A stretch of DNA of 41,491 nt, from IMG/VR virus record IMGVR_UViG_3300048575_000417, positions 1-41,491 of that record; one strand, given 5' to 3'. The DNA comes from a virus (taxonomy: Duplodnaviria; Caudoviricetes). The notes under the pieces are model-generated. The model worked only from the letters and a program-made list of their open reading frames with translations, was not told where the DNA came from and did no database searches. The translations under genes and the position numbers were made by a program. Shown one piece after another: positions 34,900 through 41,491 of the stretch (position 1 is the first letter of the stretch; each line of letters starts with the position of its first letter).

Positions 34900-37800
34900 A
34901 TGCCCCTTGATCCGTTATCGTTGTCTCCGCTGGGCCTGGGTGGAGGCGTGGCGCATGCCGCCCATGGACGGCCCGCCGCCAACAAGGTCCAGCTTACGCC
35001 CGAGGAAGAAGACAGCCTGCTCAAGGATCTCGGCCGGTCGGCGGCCAGCGGGCTGTCGACCTTCGGCGCGATCCTCGACACGCCCGCTTCGTGGGTCCGC
35101 AACACGATTGCCGGGGAAAATCCCTTCAAGGGAACCTTCCGTCCCGAGGAACGCACCCGAGGCGTGGACCTGTTACGCCAGTGGGGGCTTGCCGGGCAGG
35201 AGGATACCTGGGGGAACTTCCTCGGCGGGCTCGGCGTGGAGATGGCCACCGATCCGTTCTTCTTCGTCGGCGGCCTGACCAAGGCGCTGGGCTTTCCGGG
35301 GAAGGTGGCCAGGGCGGCGGGGGTGCTCGATGATCTTTCCAGCGTCACCGGCAAAGGCGTAGGGAAGCGCGTGGGGTTGATGACCAAACGGATCGACGAT
35401 CTGATCAACGTCGGATCCGACGCGGAGAGGGCTACGCGAAAGGCCGCCGTCGAAAGCGCCGCCAAGGGGATGGGCACCACCTACGAGGCGATCCAGGACA
35501 AACCCCTTGGCGGGTTATTGAGCGTCGGCGTCCCCGGCGTGCCGAGCTTGCAGAAGGTGCTTTTCACCGATCCGAACCAGCTGGGCGGCGCGGTCGGCAA
35601 GGTGGCCGGCGCGCTCGATGCGGCGGGATCGGGCATCGCTCGCTCCGCACCTGGCCGCTTCACCCGGATGTTGTTCGATCCCTCGGTCGACGGCCAGTAC
35701 AGTCGCCTCGGCCAGGAGGTGGCCCAGGACGCCTTCAACAAGCAGCGCCGCGCACGGTGGGAGGCCAGGGGCGCGTACGCAACCGCCAAGGACAACTTCC
35801 TCGATCTCTACCACACGTTCGATCCCGAATACGGCGACTTCGTCCGCGGCGGTCCCGCGACGGCCGCCAAGATCGAGGGGATCGACTACGGCGTGGGCGA
35901 TGTGGTCAAGGCCGCCGACCGCGACAACTTCGGCTACGTCCAGGCGCTAGCGCCCGACGCGGCCGAGGTCTTCTTCCGCAACCCGGAATCCGGGGCGACC
36001 TCGGTCGTCAAGCTGCCCCACAACCAACTCACCTTGACCCATGCCAAGGGGAGTCCCGAGGCGGCGCTCTTCGCCCGCGAGAAGACGACCCAGGTGCTGG
36101 ACGATCTCGTGCGGCTGGCCGGCGAAACGGACGGCGATGTCCAGAAGGCGATGAAGTTCTTCCTGCCCAACGCGCCGGCCGCCCCGAGCAAGGAACTGTC
36201 GGAGAAGATCGCGAAGACTGCCAAGGCGATGCAAGATGCGGATGCGGCGATCCACGGCGACATCGAGGCCAAGGGCGGGATCCTCAACTGGATCACGGGT
36301 TTCGAGGACTTTGCCCACATGCCTCGGTACGTCGACCACAAGGGGGCCGATGCCGTCTTCCGCTCCCCGCGTTTTCTTCCGGCCGCACATGAAGGAATGA
36401 AGGGCCGCGAGGGTGCGATCCGCGCGATCCCGGCCGCCGTGATCAACGAGTTGATCCGCGACCCCGCCGCCCGTGGCGCGAAGGCCGGGCAATACATCTT
36501 CTCCAAGTACGGCCAGTGGTTGGGCCAGGGTTTTGAAGGCGCGAACGAGATCCTCGAGAATGCAGTCAAGAAGAATGCGCCCGAGGACCAGCTCAACGCC
36601 ATGCTCAAGGCGGTCCACGCCGGCAAGGTGGCCGAGTGGGTGGCCGAGCATCCCACGGAATACGTCTCGGGCAACCGGGCGATGTTCACCCACAGCAGCC
36701 TGGAGGACTTCCTGCGCTACCAGACCGGCGCGCAGAAGGTTTCCAAGAGCCTCGACGCGATCCACGGGTTCTTCGCCAATCACCTCTCCGACGCGGCCGA
36801 GGGCGGGCTCGCCCTGACCACGGCCTACCGCAAGGTCGGACTCCAGGGCGAGCGGGCCGTGCAGTACTTGGCGAACCTGACCGGCAAGAGCGCCGAGGAA
36901 CTCGCCAAGATGTCCGTCCCCTTGGATGTGGCTCAGGCGGCGGCCGGGCTGCGGGAGGTGACCGTCAACCCGACGTGGCGCAAGACGCTGGGCGAGACGA
37001 TTGACAAGTTCAACCGGATGTTCAAAAACGCGGTCACCGTGCCGTGGCCATCCTACATGACGCGCAACCTGGGCTCCGGGCAGTACGTGAACATGACCAC
37101 CGGGCTGGTCAATTCGCCCAGGGACCTCAAGGACTACTTCGGCGCGTTCAAGGATGCGTTCCAGCTGATGCGGGGCAATGGGGATCAGAACCTCCTACGG
37201 GAACTCGACATCTACGAGGTGGTCGGCAAGAACACGGGGGCCGAGGACGTGGACCTGTTCCGCGCCGCCGGCCAGGGGATCCGTCCCGAGAGCCCGCTCA
37301 ACATTGGCCAGTCCTACATGGAGGCGACGAGGGAGCTAGCCGCCAAGCGCGAGGTCCAGAAGCTGGCCGGAAGAAAGCCGACCCCAACCCTGGACAAGAT
37401 GGGTCGCCCCTTGGACACCTACATCCGGACGGCGGGGAAGGTCAATCAAGCGGTCGAGTGGCAAAACCGCGTGACGCCCTATCTCTACCTGCGGCGGAAG
37501 GGTTGGTCCCCGGCGGCTGCGGCCGAACGGGTCAACGCGATGCAGTTCGACTACAATGCCCTCGCCCCTTTCGAACGCGAAGTCGCCCGACGCGCGATCC
37601 CGTTCTATTCCTTCTCCCGCAAGATGGGCGAACTGTTTATCCGCGATATCCTGGAGCGGCCGGGCGGTCCCGTGGCCCAGACGATCCGCGCCGCAGATCG
37701 AGCGAAGAGCCGGGATCCCTTGCTGCCCGACTACGTCGCCGGCACCGCCGCGGTCCCCATGGCCCCTGGCCCCGACGGCGAATCGCGCTACCTGACCGGG

Positions 37801-38445
37801 TTCGGCCTGGCCCACGAAGACCCGTTGTCGTTTGTGGGCTATCCCAACGACGCCCTCCTGGAAGGCGCATCGCGACTGAGCCCGCTCTTCAAGTTCCCCT
37901 TGGAACTCGCGACCCAGGAGACCTTCTTCCAGAAGGGACCGGGGGGCGGCGGGCGAGCCCTCGACGATCTGGATCCCCTGGTCGGCCGACTCCTGACGAA
38001 CGTCGCCAACATGGCCGGGTCGGATCGCAAGGATCCCGTGAAGCTGCCGCAGATCGTCGAACTGGCAGCGGCGAATTCGCCCTTCACCCGCCTGCTGTCG
38101 ACGGCTAGGACGCTCACCGACCGGCGGAAGACCGTGAGCGACCACATCCCGCTGCCGGGACCGGCCGCCGCCGCCAACCTGTTGACTGGCCTTCGGGTCA
38201 CCGACGTGTCGGCCGGCTCGCGCGACGCGGTCATCCGCGAGGCGCTGGGCCAGGTGATGAAGGGTTCCGGGGCGAAGGCCTTCGAGCGACTCTATATCCC
38301 GAAGGATGCGCTAGCGGGGATGGCCCCCGAGGATCAGGCCAGGGCGCTCCAGCTACAAGCCCTGATGGATACGTTGGCCAAGCGGGCCAAGGCGAGAAAA
38401 GAAGCCGCGCAGAAGAAGCAACAAAACGCCTTGGCCCCCTTCTAG
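34900..38445 (+). CDS. Large internal virion/DNA-ejection-like protein (1181 aa)
   Basis: GLGVEMATDP N-terminal motif; C-terminal VEWQNRV..Y....KG.SP..AAERV...QFDY..L..FER...RRAIPFYSF and LSPLFKFPLEL, typical of large helical virion core/polyvalent proteins. Confidence 0.6.
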   Translation: MPLDPLSLSPLGLGGGVAHAAHGRPAANKVQLTPEEEDSLLKDLGRSAASGLSTFGAILDTPASWVRNTIAGENPFKGTFRPEERTRGVDLLRQWGLAGQEDTWGNFLGGLGVEMATDPFFFVGGLTKALGFPGKVARAAGVLDDLSSVTGKGVGKRVGLMTKRIDDLINVGSDAERATRKAAVESAAKGMGTTYEAIQDKPLGGLLSVGVPGVPSLQKVLFTDPNQLGGAVGKVAGALDAAGSGIARSAPGRFTRMLFDPSVDGQYSRLGQEVAQDAFNKQRRARWEARGAYATAKDNFLDLYHTFDPEYGDFVRGGPATAAKIEGIDYGVGDVVKAADRDNFGYVQALAPDAAEVFFRNPESGATSVVKLPHNQLTLTHAKGSPEAALFAREKTTQVLDDLVRLAGETDGDVQKAMKFFLPNAPAAPSKELSEKIAKTAKAMQDADAAIHGDIEAKGGILNWITGFEDFAHMPRYVDHKGADAVFRSPRFLPAAHEGMKGREGAIRAIPAAVINELIRDPAARGAKAGQYIFSKYGQWLGQGFEGANEILENAVKKNAPEDQLNAMLKAVHAGKVAEWVAEHPTEYVSGNRAMFTHSSLEDFLRYQTGAQKVSKSLDAIHGFFANHLSDAAEGGLALTTAYRKVGLQGERAVQYLANLTGKSAEELAKMSVPLDVAQAAAGLREVTVNPTWRKTLGETIDKFNRMFKNAVTVPWPSYMTRNLGSGQYVNMTTGLVNSPRDLKDYFGAFKDAFQLMRGNGDQNLLRELDIYEVVGKNTGAEDVDLFRAAGQGIRPESPLNIGQSYMEATRELAAKREVQKLAGRKPTPTLDKMGRPLDTYIRTAGKVNQAVEWQNRVTPYLYLRRKGWSPAAAAERVNAMQFDYNALAPFEREVARRAIPFYSFSRKMGELFIRDILERPGGPVAQTIRAADRAKSRDPLLPDYVAGTAAVPMAPGPDGESRYLTGFGLAHEDPLSFVGYPNDALLEGASRLSPLFKFPLELATQETFFQKGPGGGGRALDDLDPLVGRLLTNVANMAGSDRKDPVKLPQIVELAAANSPFTRLLSTARTLTDRRKTVSDHIPLPGPAAAANLLTGLRVTDVSAGSRDAVIREALGQVMKGSGAKAFERLYIPKDALAGMAPEDQARALQLQALMDTLAKRAKARKEAAQKKQQNALAPF

Positions 38446-38487
38446 ACGCTCTTGCGCGATCTCGATTTATCTGGCAGGCTGCCGATC

Positions 38488-39111
38488 ATGGTCAAGGTCT
38501 ACTACCGCTTTCCCGTGACTCCAGTTGTCGTCCATGAGTGGCACATCTGCATCACCGGGTACAGCCAGAAGACGGGCGAGCCCACGGGGCTGCACAAGCT
38601 GTGGCAACGACTGGGCCGGCTGCGAAAGTCCGACGTGTGCGTCGAACTGCGGGAGTGGGACTCCGACTGGCGCAAGGTGGCCGAACTGATCTGGTTGACC
38701 AGCCAGAACGGCAAGCCGCCCAGGATCGTGATCTACGCATACTCCTGGGGCGCGGGCTACGGGTTCGTCCAGCTGGCCCGCGAACTAAAGCGCCGGGGAC
38801 TGAGCGTGGACGCCGCCATCCTGGCCGATCCGGTGTACCACAGCCGCCATCTGCTGACCCGGTGGCTGGCGATGGTCGCCAATCCGCTAATTCGCATCCA
38901 TGTCCCGGCGAACGTGCGCGAGGTTTACTGGACGCGTCAGACGTGCTCCCGCCCCTGCGCCCACGATCTTGTGGCCGACAGCGACGACACGCTGATCCAC
39001 CCGGCGAGGAATCGCACCGCCACCCATACCTACATGGACGACGACCCGTTCTTCCACCACATGGCGTTGGAAGTGTCGGGCCTGTTGCCCAGATCGAAGG
39101 AAAAAGAGTAG
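38488..39111 (+). CDS. Alpha/beta-hydrolase (lipase/esterase-like)
   Basis: Oxyanion-like ICITG, nucleophile elbow IYAYSWGAG, ILADPV, VPANV and C-terminal HTYMD. Alternative start at TTG 38452. Confidence 0.75.
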   Translation: MVKVYYRFPVTPVVVHEWHICITGYSQKTGEPTGLHKLWQRLGRLRKSDVCVELREWDSDWRKVAELIWLTSQNGKPPRIVIYAYSWGAGYGFVQLARELKRRGLSVDAAILADPVYHSRHLLTRWLAMVANPLIRIHVPANVREVYWTRQTCSRPCAHDLVADSDDTLIHPARNRTATHTYMDDDPFFHHMALEVSGLLPRSKEKE

Positions 39112-39114
39112 CCC

Positions 39115-40395
39115 ATGCGACAGCTGATCGTCTGCCTGATCCTGATTGCGTTCCCTGTGGCCGCTTTCGGCGCGGGGAACTCTGTCTACCAGCCGCGTCA
39201 GTTCCTCGGGGGCCGGTTCGGCCGTATCGGCGTTCCCCCGTGGCCCACGGGATCGTGTCCGACCGGCGGATGCCCCTCGGGGATGACGTGTCCTCCAGGC
39301 TACAGCTGCCCTCCGGGCGGATCGTGTCCGAACTGGGGCGGCGGTGTTGCGCCCCCTTTCGTGCCTGGAGGCTGCGGCGACCCGGCCGACGAACGCCCCT
39401 CGCTCCCGCCCGAAGGAACGCCGGTCACGAACGCCAGCCCTTCAGCCCGACCCCAGGTCGTCAAAATCCAGTCAACCTACAACAATGAGTCGGCGCTGGG
39501 CACGGGCACGATTGTGCGGATCGCCAACGGCAAGGCGGGGATCCTATCGTGCGCCCACATCCTCAAGGGCGACTACGCGCCGAGCGTGATCCTGACCGAT
39601 GGCCGCAAAGTTCCGGCCACGATCCTGGCCGTCGACGCTCTATTCGACCTCTCGGTGCTTTCCATCGACGCCGTCCCCGGACTGCAGGCGATCCCCCTTG
39701 CCAAGGATCCGCCCAAGCCGAACACGCCGGCACTCCTGATCGGTTACGCCAGCGGCATGTCCTACCAGGAGAATCGGACCAAGATCCTCGGCTACCACGG
39801 CAACTGGCTTGTGGCCGAGGGGCCGACGATGAATGGCACCTCGGGTGGGCCGATCCTGACCGACGCCCGGATTGTGGGCGTGATCGCAGAGGTCATCGGC
39901 GACAACCGTTCCAAGGTGACGCGCGGCGTGAACTGCCAGCAGATCCGCGTGTGGATCAAGCAGCAGGGGGCCAAGTGCGACTGGATCCTGGGCGAAGGCA
40001 CGCCGCCGCCCCCGCAGATCGAGATCGCCGTTCCACCGTCCGCGCCACAGCAGCCCTGCCCGCCCGGTTGCATCTGCCCGGGGAAGGGCGACTGCGACGA
40101 GGTCCGCAAGGAAGTGGCCGAACTGAAAGGATCCCTGACCGCGCTGATCGGCCGGATCGACAAGATCGCCGCGCAACCCGGCCCCCAGGGACCACAGGGA
40201 CCACGGGGACCACAGGGACCGGCGGGCAAGGATGCCGTTGTGGATTACGACCGACTCGCCGCCGAGGTGGCGAAGCGACTCCCGCCGATGACCTTCCAGA
40301 TGATCGGCGAGGATGGAAAAGTGAAGCAGAGTTTCAAGGCCGGTCTCGGTGAGACCGTGCCGTTCCAATTGGTTCCCGTGACGAGGGCACAGTAA
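39115..40395 (+). CDS. Secreted trypsin-like serine protease with Cys/Pro repeats, coiled coil and collagen-like segment
   Basis: Signal peptide MRQLIVCLILIAFPVAAFG; catalytic triad ILSCAH / DLSVL / GTSGGP; CP..G repeats; (GXY)6. Confidence 0.88.
   Translation: MRQLIVCLILIAFPVAAFGAGNSVYQPRQFLGGRFGRIGVPPWPTGSCPTGGCPSGMTCPPGYSCPPGGSCPNWGGGVAPPFVPGGCGDPADERPSLPPEGTPVTNASPSARPQVVKIQSTYNNESALGTGTIVRIANGKAGILSCAHILKGDYAPSVILTDGRKVPATILAVDALFDLSVLSIDAVPGLQAIPLAKDPPKPNTPALLIGYASGMSYQENRTKILGYHGNWLVAEGPTMNGTSGGPILTDARIVGVIAEVIGDNRSKVTRGVNCQQIRVWIKQQGAKCDWILGEGTPPPPQIEIAVPPSAPQQPCPPGCICPGKGDCDEVRKEVAELKGSLTALIGRIDKIAAQPGPQGPQGPRGPQGPAGKDAVVDYDRLAAEVAKRLPPMTFQMIGEDGKVKQSFKAGLGETVPFQLVPVTRAQ
40180..40233 (+). 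repeat. Collagen-like GPQ repeat (9-bp gggaccaca units)
   Basis: GPQGPQGPRGPQGPAGKD. Confidence 0.85.
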
Positions 40396-40424
40396 TGGCC
40401 CAACAACCGACAGGAGAGTCTTTC

Positions 40425-40640
40425 ATGAACGAGAGTGATTATGGTCTGCTGAAGATGCACGCCCTGAACGGCGCGCAGCGACAGAGTGACGGCGCGAGCC
40501 ACTACGCCGAGAACCTCCGGTACGACTACCTGGAGGGCAAGGCCAACGTCAGCTTGACCGAAGGCCTGGGCGTGCGCTACATCCAGGGCCCGCACCCGCA
40601 GTACGGCTCGCCCGACTTCAACGGCGGCAAGACGGCGTAG
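40425..40640 (+). CDS. Small hypothetical protein
   Basis: AGGAG lies 8 nt before ATG 40425 (alternative ATG 40395 overlaps the protease stop); biased codons. Confidence 0.65.
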   Translation: MNESDYGLLKMHALNGAQRQSDGASHYAENLRYDYLEGKANVSLTEGLGVRYIQGPHPQYGSPDFNGGKTA

Positions 40641-40643
40641 TTC

Positions 40644-40877
40644 ATGTCGCCCAATCAGCTTGCGTCCCAACAAGCGGAGCAGGCCGCGTCACGGGTCTGG
40701 AGACTGCGGCGAGCGTACCTTCGCGGCACGTTCGCCCAGTCCCTGGCCCAGGACATCGAAGCTGCCCGCGAAGCCCTAGACAGGTTTTGTAATGAGCAGT
40801 GTGGAACCGACCCCGGAGGGACGGAAGGCGGCCGAGGAGATGGCAGCGAAGCTAGCTGGCCTTCGGATCGCTCATGA
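40644..40877 (+). CDS. Small helical hypothetical protein
   Basis: Starts 3 nt after the upstream stop; its tail overlaps the next gene. Confidence 0.5.
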   Translation: MSPNQLASQQAEQAASRVWRLRRAYLRGTFAQSLAQDIEAAREALDRFCNEQCGTDPGGTEGGRGDGSEASWPSDRS

Positions 40878-41289
40878 GGCAGTGATGCTAGAAGATGCTC
40901 AGGATCTGTTGAAGCTCAACCGGGAGTCGGTGCGTGCCCACCAACAGGCGATGGCCACAGGAACCACGCCGGCCGCAGGAGGCGAGGACGTGATCCACGT
41001 CGGGGATGTGATCCAGATGGTGCAGCCGACGACCGAGGCGTCGGTCGCGGTCCCCCCAGCCGCCGCCCCAACCTCCACCTGGAAGTCGACGGTGGGCAAG
41101 GTCGCCACGGCGGCGGCGCTGGTCGCCGGGGGCGCGGGCGCTGGAACGTTGATCCCGTGGGCGCTGGGGCTGCACGACCGACCGGCCGCGACGGCCGCAC
41201 CTGGCCCTGACCGGGACACTCAGTACGAACTGCGATTCGGAGATCCGAATGCACAAACCGGCCGAGCCTCGACTCCTCCGAGCCATTGA
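40792..41289 (+). CDS. Hypothetical membrane protein
   Basis: Helical N-terminus, IHVGDV, Pro/Ala linker, and hydrophobic VATAAALVAGGAGAGTLIPWALGL. Confidence 0.65.
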   Translation: MSSVEPTPEGRKAAEEMAAKLAGLRIAHEAVMLEDAQDLLKLNRESVRAHQQAMATGTTPAAGGEDVIHVGDVIQMVQPTTEASVAVPPAAAPTSTWKSTVGKVATAAALVAGGAGAGTLIPWALGLHDRPAATAAPGPDRDTQYELRFGDPNAQTGRASTPPSH

Positions 41290-41491
41290 GGAGATCGGAC
41301 TGAACGAGGAGGGCAGCCGTCCGTGGGCACTCGCCTCGCTCTACCTGACCTATTGCCAGCGATGCCAGTACTTCACCGGCGCGACATGCGGCCAAGTTCC
41401 CGACCAGGACTTGGCCGTGTTGCTGTGTAGCCAGGCCTGGGAGTGCCGACGCTGGGGGGTGATCCATCCGCAACGGAATGACCTGGACTAG
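41249..41491 (+). CDS. Small Cys-rich hypothetical protein
   Basis: GGAG upstream; CQRC...C...C...C; complete at the window end. Confidence 0.5.
   Translation: MHKPAEPRLLRAIEEIGLNEEGSRPWALASLYLTYCQRCQYFTGATCGQVPDQDLAVLLCSQAWECRRWGVIHPQRNDLD

Larger units (their letters stand above)
7635..41491. mobile_element. Prophage or phage-derived element (Caudoviricetes-type morphogenesis cluster); boundaries uncertain and probably extends past the right edge
   Basis: Contiguous capsid, terminase, portal, adaptor and tail tube genes with tight or overlapping coupling. Confidence 0.9.

Overview
The window has two parts, and the host is probably Planctomycetota (inferred from a DUF1580-like gene, the RHS style and high GC). 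(1) 1-7441: the 3' part of a giant RHS/YD-repeat polymorphic toxin, open from base 1. It carries a DUF6531-like domain, an inserted PPC-like beta-sandwich, a DPSGL cleavage motif, a pre-toxin-like segment and an unrecognised C-terminal tip, followed by an overlapping, AT-richer TPR-like immunity gene. (2) ~7635-41491: a tailed-phage morphogenesis region. Four small leftward genes are followed by one long rightward run: scaffold, major capsid, decoration protein, glycosyltransferase, terS-like gene, intein-containing TerL, portal, FmdB-like Zn ribbon, DUF2341/LamG adhesin, repeat fibre protein, two different adaptor-like genes, terminator-like gene, internally duplicated tail tube, a short disordered protein where a tape measure is expected, Cys-rich tail-tip genes, two ejection-protein-like genes, then an alpha/beta hydrolase, a secreted trypsin-like protease and small genes. 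No integrase, repressor, replication gene, sheath, endolysin, tRNA, rRNA or CRISPR was recognised. The most notable candidates are the hybrid podo/sipho tail architecture, a possible protease/esterase-based lysis cassette, and the unassigned RHS toxin-immunity pair. All family calls come from motif recognition by eye; no database searches were run.
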